A DNA stretch of 64,000 bases from Mobula hypostoma (lineage: Eukaryota), in the NCBI RefSeq assembly GCF_963921235.1, contig NC_086109.1:10790001-10854000 (forward strand), written 5' to 3'. Shown one piece after another: positions 13,503 to 25,371 of this stretch. The notes below the pieces were generated by a model, which searched no databases, was not told the DNA's origin, and was given only the letters and a program-made list of their open reading frames with translations. A program made the position numbers and the translations under genes. Each line of letters starts with the position of its first letter. Position 1 is the first letter of the stretch.

Positions 13503-13944
13503 TAAGTATTTTTAAGTATTAGAACTTTTAAGTATTACTCCCTGTTTACCATCAGATATTTTTCAGTGGAATGATCCAGTGAAATCTCTGCAGGTAGTGC
13601 TGTCCACACCTCACTCCGCATGGGTGGCACGGTAGCGTAGTGGTCGGCGCATTGCTGTGCTGTGCCAGTGGTAGGCGATCAGAGTTCAATTCTGGCCACT
13701 ACCTGTAAGGAGTTTGTACGTTCTCCCCGCGATGAAGTGGGTTTCCTCTGGGTGTCCCACATTCCGAAGAGACGTATGGGTTAAGCTGTGGGCACCAGGA
13801 GCATGGCGGCACCTGTGGCCGGCCCCCAGCGCATCCTCGGTGTGTGTTAGTCATTGATGCAAACAAGGGGTCCACGGTCCCCTTGGTTAATGGCAGGTGC
13901 CCACGGCATAAAAAAGGGTTGGGAACTGCTGAAGTACGTGTTCG

Positions 13945-15130
13945 AAGTTCAAAGTAAATTTATAATCAATGTCACCATATACAACCCTGAGATTCATTTT
14001 CTTGCAGGCATACTCAATAACAGACTAATAACCATCATAGAAACAATGAAAGACTGCGCCAACTTGGGCATTCAACCAGTGTACAAATACAAAAAGAGGT
14101 AAATAATAATAAATAAGCCAATAAACTCTCCACGACACATCTATAGAAGTTTGTCGAAGTTTTAGATGTCACTCTGAATCTTCGCAAACTCCTAAGGAGG
14201 TAGAGACGCTGTTGTGCTTTCTTCATAATTGCCCTTACGTGCTGGGCCCGGGACAGGTCCTCTGAAATGGTAACACCGAGGAGTTTAAAGTTGCCGACCC
14301 TCGCCACCTCTGATCCTCCGATGAGGACTGGGTCATGGACCTCTGGTTTCCTCCTCCTGAAGTCAATAACCGAATCAGAATCAGGTTTAACGTCACTGGC
14401 CTGTTGTGAAATTTGTTAACTTAGCAGCAGCAGTACAATACAATACATGATATGGAAAAATAATAAGTAAATCAATTACAGTAAATATATATGTATTAAA
14501 TAGTTAGATTAAAAGTAGTGCAAAAGCAGAAATTATGTAAGTGAAGTAGTGTTTATAGGCTCAACGTCCATTTAGGATACGGATGACAGAGGGGAAGAAG
14601 CTGTTCCTGAATCGCTGAGTGTGTGCCTTTAGGCTTCCGTACTTCCTTCCTAACGGTAACAAGTAGAAGATGGGGTTCCTTAGAGATGGATGTCATCATT
14701 CTGAGGTACTGCTCCTTGAAGATGTCTTGGATACTATGGAGGCTAGTACCCAAGATGGAGCTGACTAATTTTATAACTCTATAGCTTCTTTCAATCCTGT
14801 GCAGGAGCACCCCTGCGCCAGCCCCCCCCCCCCACCCATAATGAACAGTGATGCTGCCTGTCAGAACGTTCTCCACAATATGTTTGTAGAAATTTTTAGT
14901 TGTTTTAGATGGCAAACCAAATCTCCTCAAACTTCTAATGAAATATAGCTGCTGTCTTGCCTTCTTTATCGATATGTTGGGACCAGGTTAGATTCTCAGT
15001 GATCTTGACACCCAGGAACTTGAAATTGCTCACTCTGCACATCTGATCCCTCTATGAGCTCGTTGGTCTATCATCTCCTTGGTCTTGCTGACATTGAGTA
15101 AGAGGTTGTTGTTATGGCACCACTCAGCCA
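13945..15130 (-). mobile_element. Two adjacent Rex1/Babar LINE 3' fragments
   Basis: ORFs 14035-14307 (FKLLGVTISEDLS..KKAQQRLYLLRSLRRF) and 14553-14930. A second (GAATCA)n tail is at 14372. Confidence 0.85.
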
Positions 15131-16625
15131 GATTTAAAAGTCGTCTTTAGATTTTTAAATTCCTCGAATAAAGGTTGAAAGGAGCTATGTTGACATTAGG
15201 AAACACTGCAACCTTTTTATCAATTCATTGGACACTATGCCGATACAAGTTGTCCGATATGTTGAAAAATTGAAAGAAAAGTTGTTGCTCTTGGCTGATA
15301 TTATAAGAATGGGATATAGTTTTAAGGGTTTGGAGAGGTTTTTAGGAGATATTGAGAAGATCCATTTTAACTGCGTTATAACCTGGAACAAGATGCCGAC
15401 TAGGATGGTGGAATGGAAGTGGATCAATAACTATCAGCGGAAATTGGAACAGCTTTTGAGGGGAGTGTGCAGGAGCGCAGGGACAGAGAGGGGATGGGAA
15501 GTGATGGAATTCTTCCACAGGCAGCTGGCACGAATGACATCCTCTTGGGTCACAATCCCACGAGAGACAGAGGAGACCAGAATAATTGAAGGCCCTACCA
15601 AAGAGGATAGCTGTGTAAACTACCTTATTCTGCTTGATTTCCTCTCATTCTGAAAGATTATAGGCTGGTCAATGGTTAGTTTGAACTCAAATAACCTGTT
15701 TATGTTTCCTTTTAAACATGATTGTTTGGCCACCAGGTATTTTTAGCAGATTTGGACATCATTCGCTCATTCTCTGGCTGTAGACCAAGCGTTTTTTAAA
15801 TGGGTGGTTGCTTCCCACTTTGACCCTCAACACCAGGTTCCTTACTGTGTAGTTCCTTACTAAGGCTTTCTCTTATTGAGGGTACTGGCTGACATCTTCT
15901 GTCTCTAGATCGGACTCCATGCTAGTTAGTTTTCGAGGGCCACTTTGTAGAAAGTGAGGAAGTAGAGGTGGAATGGTGTCTGCTCGCATCCAGTCTGGAG
16001 GGCTTGAAAGTTGGGGATTTCAGGGTTCAAATTAAATTTATTATCAAAGTATACACAGTCAGTGGCTGCTTTATTAGGTACAGGTGTACACCCTCTCATT
16101 TATGCAAATATCTAATCAGCCAATCGTCTAAGATAGCGCTGGTGAAAGATGGTGACGCCTTACTGATAACAAACAAATCTACTGATTACTCAATTAATCA
16201 TACTTGCTTTGGACAATGATCGCAGCAACCAATAGCCTGTAACTTCCCTTCTGATCTGGCATTTTTGTGGTGTCAACTGAAGTCTCGAAGGCTGTGGCAC
16301 GGCGTGTAGGGGCCAAATCGAAGCAGCAGGGGCCTAGGTCCGAGAGCGAGGAACAAGCTGATGCTTGGCCATTGCTGGAGAGAAACTTGGAGCCAATTCA
16401 TAATGGCAGATCTGAGGTAATGTGAGCCAAGGCCCAAGAGCGAAGAATGAGCTGATGTTTGGCTCATTTAAGCACCGGCCAGATTGAAAAGATCAGGGTG
16501 TTTGGGCTGGAGGCGAGGGATTGGCCGGTGTTTCGCTCGCTGCTCAGCGAAGTTTACTCGTGTGCGCTGAGCTGAGGCTGTGGCCTGTAACTAACGGGCT
16601 CAGGCACCGGCTGCAGTGATGAATG

Positions 16626-17480
16626 TCAAGTCAAGTCGAGTCACTTTTTATTGTCATTTCGACCATAACTGCTGGTACAGAACACAGTAAAAATGAGACA
16701 ACGTTTTTCGGGACCATGGTGCTACATGAAACAATACAAAAACTACACTGAACTACGTAAAACAACACAAAAACTACACTAAACTACAGACCTATCCAGG
16801 ACTGCATAAAGTGCACAAAACAGTGCAGGCATTACCATAAATAATAAACAAGACAATAGGCACAGTGGAGGGTATAGTAGGTTGGTGTCAGTCCAGGCTC
16901 TGGGTATTGAGGAGTCTGATGGCTTGGGGGAAGAAACTGTTCCATAGTCTGGTCGTGAGAGCCCGAATGCTTCGGTGCCTTTTGCCAGATGGCAGGAGGG
17001 AGAAGAGTTTGTATGAGGGGTGCATGGGGTCCTTCACAATGCTGTTTGCTTTGCGGATGCAGTGTGTGGTGTAAATGTCTGTAATGGCGGGAAGAGAGAC
17101 CCCAATGATCTTCTCAGCTGACCTCACTATCCGCTGCAGGGTCTTGCGATCCGAGTTGGTACAATTTCCGAACCAGGCGGTGATGCAGCTGCTCAGGATG
17201 CTCTCAATACAACCTCTGTAGAATGTGGTGAGGATGGCGGGGTGGGAGATGGACTTTTCTCAGCCTTCACAGAAAGCAGAGACGCTGCTGGGCTTTCTTT
17301 GCTATGGAGCAGGTGTTGAGGGACCAGGTGAGATTCTCCACCAGGTGAACACCAAGAAATTTGGTGCTGTTAACGATCTCTACGGAGGAGTCGTCGATGT
17401 TCAGCAGAGAGTGGTCGCTCCATGTCCTCCTGAAGTCAACAACCATCTCTTTTGTTTTGTTCACATTCAGAGACAGATTG
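16626..17480 (-). mobile_element. Rex1/Babar LINE 3' fragment (different subfamily)
   Basis: ORFs 17267-17512 (NNLSLNVNKTKEMVVDFRR..KFLGVHL..KKAQQRL) and 16888-17127 (KDPMHPSYKLFSLLPSGKRHRS..NSFFPQAIRLLN). Tail is (CAAGT)n. Confidence 0.9.
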
Positions 17481-18340
17481 TTGGCTCTTTGTGGCTGTGC
17501 AGTCACTTTCACGGGCTACAGTTCTGAATGTTGTTTACTTGCATTTTATTGTTTGCATGAATTGTTCTTTATTTTTGTTCATTGGGTGTCTGATTGTCTT
17601 TCTTGATGGGTTCTGTTGGGTTTCTTTATTTTGTGACTGCACATAAGGAGACGAATCTCAAGTTTGTATATGGTATAAAAACTTTGATAATAAATGTATT
17701 TTGAACATTGAGTGAGGCAGCAACTCAGTGTATAAAACCATAAAGACATGTTCAAGTTGTTTAGCTGTTGCTCAGATCAACCATCATCAGAATGGTGAAG
17801 AAATGTGATCTAAGTGACTTTGACCGTGGAATAACCTGGTTCCAGACAGGGTGATCTGTGTATCTCCAAAACTGCTGATCACTTTGGATTTTTATGCACA
17901 ACAGTCTCTAGAACTTACAGAGAATGGTGTGGGAAACAGAAAAAAAATTACAATATACCACTCTGAGATTTGTTTTCGTGCAGCGATTCACAGTAGAACA
18001 GAGAAATACAATGGAATCAATGAAAAACTACACACAAATAAAGAGCAACACTCAACCAGTATGCAGAAGTATTTGCAGAGGAAGTTGCAGGGAGAGTTAA
18101 TACAGAAACAGGCCTTTCAGCCTGAATCCCTGCCAACCATTAACCGCCTACTTACAATAATCCTACATTACCCTTGTTATTTTCTGACCACAGAATCAAT
18201 TGCCCCAGATTCTGCTGCTCAGCTACACACAGTTTAGGTGACAGTGGCCAATCAGTCTGCCAACCTGTATGTCTTTGACACCTATGCACCTGAAGGAAGT
18301 CCACAAATGAGAACATTGAAACTCCACACAGACGGCGCCC

Positions 18341-18581
18341 AAACGACACACACACAGAGTGCTGGAGGAACTCAGCAGGTCGGTCAGCATCTGTGGAGAG
18401 GAATAAGCAGTTGGCGTATCAGGCTGAGACCGTTGATCAGGTCTCTGATGAAGGGGCTTGTCCCGAAACGTCGACAGTTAATTTCCCTCCGTAGATGCTG
18501 CCTGACCTGCTGAGTTCCTCCCAGCATTTTGTGCGTGTTGCTCAATATTTCTAGCATCTGCAGAATCTGGTGTCTCTGATG
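18341..18581. mobile_element. Palindromic hammerhead-bearing element (Penelope pLTR-like) inserted in a V-SINE
   Basis: The arms 'gctggaggaactcagcaggtcggtcagcatct' and 'agatgctgcctgacctgctgagttcctcccagc' are inverted. The plus-strand core is CTGATGA (18445-18451), AGGGGCTTGTCCC, GAAAC, GTC (to 18472). Flanks are gacggcgccc and gacagctccc. Confidence 0.75.
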
Positions 18582-19229
18582 GACAGCTCCCGAGGTCAGG
18601 AACGAACCGGAGTCTCTGGCACTATGAGGCAGTGCTTCTACAAACTCCGCCTTTGTACTGCCAAAGCGAGTCACTAGAAAATCTGGATGTGTAGAAGTTG
18701 TACAGGAATACATAACAACTAAACAATTTGGAAAGTATGGATAGCCCATAAATAGGGGTTGAAGATTACCATGGTAACTGCAGAAATGCGGTATTTATGA
18801 AGTGCTCTGTGATGTTCTGAAAGGCATGTAAAAGGTGCTGTATGAATGCAAAGATTGTCTTCCTTCAGCATTGCAATGCCATTGTTAAAGCACATCAAAC
18901 TACTTACTGATAGAACATGTTCAGTTCTTTTCCTGATCTGACCCTTTAACCCACTTAATAAAAAAAAGCATTCTTCTCCAAGTATCTTAGACTTCCTATC
19001 TGAGTGGCAGAAATGTCAGAGGGGAAATGTTGCATCCCTTTTAAGTAATTTGTTCAGTTTAATGAAAGTCAGTCGTGAAATTATGCAGGGAGGTGGTACC
19101 CTGAGACCTTTCTAACTTCTGTTACCCGTGTGCGTTATCAATAGGGATTGAAACAGAACTGATATCTTGAATTCATCACCTTTTGTCAGAGCAGATCACC
19201 ATCAATCAGAAATTTCAGTCTATTGCTGC

Positions 19230-19870
19230 CTCCCTTTGCCTGTACTTCCCTTCCCTTTGCCTGTACTTCCCTTCCCTTTGCCTGCACTTCCCATTGCCTG
19301 TACTTCCCTTCCCTCCCTTTCCTTTGCCTGTACTTCCCTTTCCTCCCTTCCCTTTGCCTGTATTTCCCTTCCCTTTGCCTGCACTTCCCTTTCATTTGCC
19401 TGTACTTCCCTTTCCTCCCTTCCCTTTGCCTTTACTTCCCTTCCCTTTGCCTTTACTTCTTTTCCCTTCGCCTGTACTTCCCTTTCCTCCCTTCCTTTTT
19501 CCTGTACTTCCCTTTCCTTTGCCTATACTTCCCTCCTCTCCCTTCCCTTTGCCTGTACTTCCCTCCTCCCTTCCTTCCCTCCACCAGTACCTCACTTCCT
19601 TTCTTTCTGCCTGTACCTTACCTCTGTCCCTCCCTCCCTCCCTCTGCCTATCCCATCCTTCCCTCCATCCCCACTGCTTTTACTCACCCTTCATCTGCCT
19701 GTACTTCTTTTCTATCGGCCAATGTTTTCTGCCACCCTTCACCCCCCTTTCCCTTCCTCCAGCCCTGTCCTCTTTCCCTCTTCTCCCTCTTCCCCTTTCC
19801 TCCCCTCCCCTCTGCTCCCTTCACATCCCTCCCTTCCCTCTGCCCGCCTATTGCCCCCTCCTCGCCCTGC
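19230..19870 (+). repeat. Pyrimidine-rich minisatellite (~20-bp unit cctttgcctgtacttccctt) decaying into CT-rich low complexity
   Basis: Direct repetition of 'tttgcctgtacttccct' at 19230-19560. It explains the P/L/F/S-rich pseudo-ORFs. Confidence 0.9.
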
Positions 19871-20520
19871 AGAGAGCTGATTGGAGTGGGTACAGTGCTG
19901 CATCACGGATACAAGCCGGCTTTGTGCTTGTGTTGTGTTATCCAACAAACCCAGCAGGCGTGCGGTTTGAGCCCAACGTGCTGACAAATTGCTCTGACTG
20001 TGGCTGGAACAATGGCAGCTTTTGATGAACTCTGTGCTGATTCACGCACCTCAGGCAGTTCGACCCATTTAAGAGGAGCATTTGTGTTTCTAGAACAGAT
20101 CCAAAACTCTCATGCTGTTAAATCCACGCAAACGCCTCTGAAAGAGCAACTCAAAAACGGGGAGGCATAGTTACTGTAACGGTACCACAGTGCCAGTGAC
20201 CCGGCTTCAATTCAGCTGCTGTCTGTAAGGAGTTTGTACGATCTCCCCAAGACCGTGTGGGTTTCCTCCGGGTGCCCCAGTTTCCTCCCACATTCCAAAG
20301 ATGTATGGGTTAGTAGGTTAATTGCCCACAGGGGTATAATTGGGTGACGTGGGTTCATTGGGCCTGTTACTGAGCTGTTTCTTCAACTTAAATAAGAATG
20401 TGAAGAGCAAGCTCCCACAGCCAGCCACGTTCAATGGCCAGGGCCATTGTGTGTTGGAACTGTACCTGATTTTAGACATGGCTGGTTAAAGGGTGAATAT
20501 TGGCCCATACTTCTCTGCAG

Positions 20521-20594
20521 GTGTTTGAAACAGAGTCCTTCAGTCCCATCTGCCTCGAGCACAAATCAGCCTCGCTCAGACGATTGTCTCTCTG
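20521..20594 (+). other. Possible 74-nt exon of an unidentified transcript
   Basis: Acceptor is 'catacttctctgcag|' and donor '|gtaagg', in non-repeat-looking sequence. Two frames are open (VFETESFSPICLEHKSASLRRLSL or CLKQSPSVPSASSTNQPRSDDCLS). No partner exon was identified. Confidence 0.3.
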
Positions 20595-20639
20595 GTAAGG
20601 AAGTTGTCCCTCAGCACGTCACTGAAAGCTTGTAGGTTC

Positions 20640-21290
20640 ACTGGGAAATTCTTTGCCACAGATCGCTATGTAGACCAAGTCATTGGGTATATTTGAAGCA
20701 GAGGCGGAGAGGTTCCAGAGAGTCCGGAGGTGGAGAGGTTCCAGAGAGTCCGGAGGCGGAGAGGTTCCAGAGAGTCCGGAGGCAGAGAGGTTCCAGAGAG
20801 TCCGGAGGCAGAGAGGTTCCAGAAAGCCCGGAGGCGGATAGGTTCCAGAGGGTCCAGAGGCGGATAGGTTCCAGAGAGCCCGGAGGCGGATAGGTTCCAG
20901 AGAGCCTGGAGGTGGATAGGTTCCAGAGAGCCCGGAGGCGGATAGGTTCCGGAGAGCCCGGAGGCGGATAGATTCCAGAGAGCCCAGAGACGGATAGGTT
21001 CCAGAGAGTCCGGAGGCGGATAGGTTCCGGAGAGTCCGGAGGCAGAACCAGAGGCGGATAGGTTCCAGAGCGCCTGGAGGCGGATAGGTTCCAGAGTCCG
21101 GAGGTGGATAGGTTCCAGAGTCCGGAGGCGGATAGGTTCCTGAGTAGTAAGGGTGTCAAAGGTTATGGGGAAAAGGCAGGGGCATGGGGTTGAGAGGAAT
21201 AATAAATCAGCCATGATGGAATGGTGGAGCAGACACAATTTGAGAAATGGTCTATTTCCACTTCTGTGGCTTATACTGTTATGATCTTGG
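20640..21290 (+). mobile_element. CR1 3' end containing an expanded minisatellite
   Basis: 'aattctttgccacag..ccaagtcattgggtatatttgaagcagagg' precedes the array and 'tgagtagtaagggtgtcaaaggttatggggaaaaggcagg' follows it. Confidence 0.8.
20701..21140 (+). repeat. 26-bp minisatellite, about 17 copies (gaggcggataggttccagagagtccg)
   Basis: Direct tandem repetition with variants (gag/gat, gtcc/gccc, some shortened units). Confidence 0.95.
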
Positions 21291-22939
21291 AGTATGTTGA
21301 AAGTTTGGTACACCCATCATGGCCCAAAGGGCCTGTACAGAGCTGTACTGTTTCATGTTCTGTGTTCAGTCCTCTATGTTCTGTCAGCCACTGACACTGC
21401 AGAGAAAACAGTCCGAGTTTGTCTAGTTTCTACTTACTTCAAACCCTCTCATGCAAGCAGCAACCGGGTGACCCTTTCCAAAGTCTCCAAGTCCTTCCCG
21501 CGACAGGAGCAACCAGGATTGCACACAATCGCTGTGACTCTTTATGATGTCACAGCCCATTTGGCCCTTTTACCCTGGTAATGTTTTCCTCAGTGATCGA
21601 TGGAGTATAATCATCCTTTCCACTTAGTTGTTAACCTTTTGTCAACCAACCTTCTCATTTCCACAAGTTTTTGTTTACTACCCTACCCTCACGGTCTTGT
21701 TACAATTACTTAAACGTGCCACGTCTCCATGCCTTGGTTGACTATTTTAAGTAGCACTTTACAGTATTGACTGTGGTCTGTTTGAGAGCACTGGTACCTC
21801 AGAATCCAAGTTCAAGTTTATTGTCATCTGACTGCACACATATACAACCAAATGTAACAACGCTCCTCCAGACCATGGTACACCCACAATATGTATATCA
21901 CACACAGCACGTGAAATACAATATTACCACAAATATGTCAATGAAATATAATCCGAAGTACATGTGGTGTGCAGCATGGATAGACAGTAAGAGTGAACAA
22001 CTCGCTGTCCTAGTGACGAGACCTCAGTGCTGGCCGGATATGCCTTAGTCTCACAACCTGGGGAAGAAAGCGGCCTATCCCAATCCACACATGCCAGGTC
22101 CTTTCTGATATCATCAAAATCAGCCTCTCGCCAACTTAGAATCTCAAACCGAGGACCAGATCTTATTCTTTTTCCATAATTACCTTGAAACTAATAGCAT
22201 TATGATCACTGGATGCAAGGTGTTTCCCGACACAAAGTTCTGTCACCTGCCTTGTCTCATTCCCTATTAGGAGATGTAGTATCACACTCTCTCTAGTTGT
22301 GACTTCTAAGTACTGATTAAGGAAACGCTCCTAAACACATTTGACAAACTTTATCCCATCAAGCCCTTTTACAGTATGGGAATCTGTAAACACTCCAGCC
22401 AGTTGATTAGCACAGGTCTTCAGTACCAGCCAGGTACACTACCTGGACCAGGTGCTTTCTGTGGATTCACCCTCCTGAAGGAGGTGCTCAGAGACCGAGA
22501 TCACAGGGTCATCAGGTGCTGTGGGGTTCATGAAGGTGACTCCATGCTTACTCAAACAGAGTGACCATACCCTTTCCTATAATGTACTTATCCAAATGTA
22601 TTTTAAATATTGTAATTGTACCCACTTCTACAATTTATTCAAAGGTTTCAAAGCTACATTTAATGTCAGGGAAATGTATACAATATACATCCTGAAATGC
22701 TTTTTTTTCGCAATCATCCATGAAAACAGAGGAGTGCCCCAAAGAGTGAATGACAGAACTGCAAAGCCCCCCCCCATATCCCCCCTCCCACTCGTAAGCC
22801 CCCACCAGCAAAAATAAGCATATCGGCACCCAACACTGAGCGTGCAGCAAAGCATCAGCAAATACACACACTTGCAGTAACCCAAAGACTACTCGTTCAC
22901 CTGGTATTCGACATACCACAGGCTCTCTCTCTCTCTCTC

Positions 22940-23300
22940 TTTAATAAACTCAGTCAGCTCCATCATGGGCACTAGCCTCCCCAGCATCCAGGGCGTCTTC
23001 TAGGAGCGATGCCTCAAAATGGTGGCGTCCATCATTACGGACGTGCCCTCTTCTCATTGCAACCATCAGGGAGGAGGTACAGGAGCCCGAAGGCACACAC
23101 TCAATGATTCAGGAATAGCGTCATCTCCTCTGCCATCAGATTTCTGAATGGACAGTGAACTCATGAACTACATTTTTTTCTTTTTGCACTAGTTATTTAA
23201 TTTAACTTTAAATATATATTTACCGTAATTTACAGTTTTGATTATGCATAGCAACAAATTTCACAACATTTGCTAGTGGTATTAAACCTGATTCTGATTC
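22940..23300 (+). mobile_element. Rex1/Babar LINE 3' fragment
   Basis: Same family as 10590-11060. Tail is 'attaaacctgattctgattc'. Confidence 0.8.
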
Positions 23301-24945
23301 TACAACGGCGAAACACATGCAAGTCCTGTTCTATTGTGTAACCAACCAACAAGGTGCAGCAGTTGGAGCCAAGAAGTAACCAAGTTTATGATTGGCTGAC
23401 TGTAGGGTGCGCCATTGGAAATTGGGGACAAATCCCTTTCGGTCTACTCCGAGCAGCTCCGGGGATTTGGATCAAAGGATTCTATTTGGTTTGGGTGGCT
23501 GTTGACGTTACTCCCTTCTATTGTCTGCATGCCTTGTTTCTTTCTCTTTGTGGGCACTGGGGAGGTTGGTCTTACTTTTTGAAGTTGGGTTCTTTCGGGT
23601 TCCTTGCTTTGCGACAGCCTGTTAGGCAAACAAATCCCAAGGTTGTATAATTTACACATTTGTTGATAATAAATGCACTTTGAATCAACTGGTCTGTCAA
23701 CGGTAGAAAGGGAAATGTTTTTTTTTAAATCTGAGCTTGGTGTCTTTACTAAGTTTAGAACTTCCCAGTATTTGTTGTCTGGAATATAATGGCACTTGGC
23801 AGATGATCACACTCCACTCATTGGCCTCTGTTTGATCTCGTTGATGTGGATCTCTCTTGAGAGTAGGAGGCTGAGGGGTGACCTAATAGAGAACTCTAAA
23901 ATATGTTTTAACATACTGGATACTGAGTGTTTTTCCATTTGTCAGGAAGAGAGGAACTAGAGGTTGGAATATAAGATCATACTCAAGAAATCGAGCGATG
24001 AATTTGGAAGGAACTTCTTTACCCAAAGACTGGTGAGGATGTGGAAACTGCTCCCAGAGGGGTGAGTAGTACAGACGCATTTAAGAGAAGGTGGGAGGGA
24101 GGGGACCCTGAGTGACCACTTTGGTTTTTTGAGAGAAAGCAGGAGTTAGGTAATTGTGGGTTCAAGAAGGTCAAGACTAACAGCCCAGTGGAGTGTTGTG
24201 GGTCTGCTACATCCCCGGAGGTGTCATGTTTCCATTAAGTTGTTTAGACCATTGATAAATTACCCCGTGACGCTGATCCAGAGGAAAAATCTAAGTTTTT
24301 TCCCTTGGCATTCTCACAAAGCACCAACTCTTTGCTCCAAAATAAATGTCTTCCCTGGGTTACAGCAGAGTTTCGATCCTGAGAACTGTCCATAACCTGC
24401 GCGCCATTCACAAGCGGAAAATTAAGCCACAGAGTTCCCAGTGGACAGGGGTTGCCCCAGCCAGAAAGTCCATACCTCTAGTCTGCTAAATGTCTGGTCT
24501 CACGTCAGGTGTTCGTAATCTGGGGTGGACCTGCACTAAAGCCGACTTTCATGGTCATTTTCCTTGGGGGTCTACTTCTGGGACCTTGCTGTGTGCAATT
24601 TGGTGGCCGCTGTTCAGAAGCTCTTCACTGGCCTTGAAGTGTTTCGGGATGTCTTGAAAGAATGATCAAGCTGCAGGGTTGTTTGCCATAGTTTGCAAAG
24701 TCCACAACTTTTCACACAGAGTTGTGACAGTGTTAGTTTTGATAGAGGTTTCTTTTTGTCACATGTACCAATATACAGTGGAAAATTCATCTTGCATACT
24801 GTTCACATGAGCTAGAACAATGTAAAATAATAATGCGGAAAAAAGTGTAAAAGCAGAGTCAGAAGCTTTCTTGTGGCGTTGGGATAAGCATTGCAAATTC
24901 TTTGGTAGCAAAAAATGATCTAGTGCTTTCCCGGCATACATGACG

Positions 24946-25239
24946 AATAAACTCTTCTTGGGCTTCCAGCCGGGTACAGGTATCGATTACAACCAATATG
25001 TATCGATTTTAACAAAGATGAAGATCCCGCTCTAAGCAAGAACTGGGATTTGATTATAAGCAAGGTGGTAGAGCGGAGACCTGATTGGATGCAGCCTAAC
25101 CAATCAGGAGGGACGGACTACAGGGATATAAATACCACCGGACTAGACCTGCCCAGGCATCATCCCCGCAGATGATGGCAGAGTTTGTCATCGAAGCGTT
25201 GGTTATAATTGAAACCTGGAAGCCTGAGAAGAGTTTATT
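24946..25239 (+). mobile_element. Penelope-like element 3' end with inverted terminal segment and degenerate hammerhead
   Basis: 25008 onward encodes FNKDEDPALSKNW, resembling the N-x-D-x-G..L..W C-terminus of the Penelope GIY-YIG domain. A hairpin GATGGCA-gagtt-TGTCATC lies between CCGCAGA and GAAGC-GTT. 24946-24994 is inverted relative to 25201-25239. Confidence 0.7.
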
Positions 25240-25371
25240 TCTTCAGAAAGGAATTGGATAAATCCTCAACAAGGAATGTATTGCAGGGACGTGAGGGCAA
25301 GAGCAAAGGACTGTTCTTTACAAGAACCCACGCAGACATCGTGGTCTGAGAGGCTGTCCATTGAAAGATAA

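Noticed and set aside
15228..15653. 141-aa ORF
   Set aside because: The central part looks like a decayed CR1 3' end; no splice or domain support.
19167..20025. Three long overlapping ORFs (237-280 aa)
   Set aside because: They arise from a pyrimidine minisatellite that lacks stop codons in all plus frames.
20666..21313. 215-aa and 159-aa repetitive ORFs
   Set aside because: They are translations of the 26-bp array; the unit is not a multiple of 3 and sits inside a CR1.
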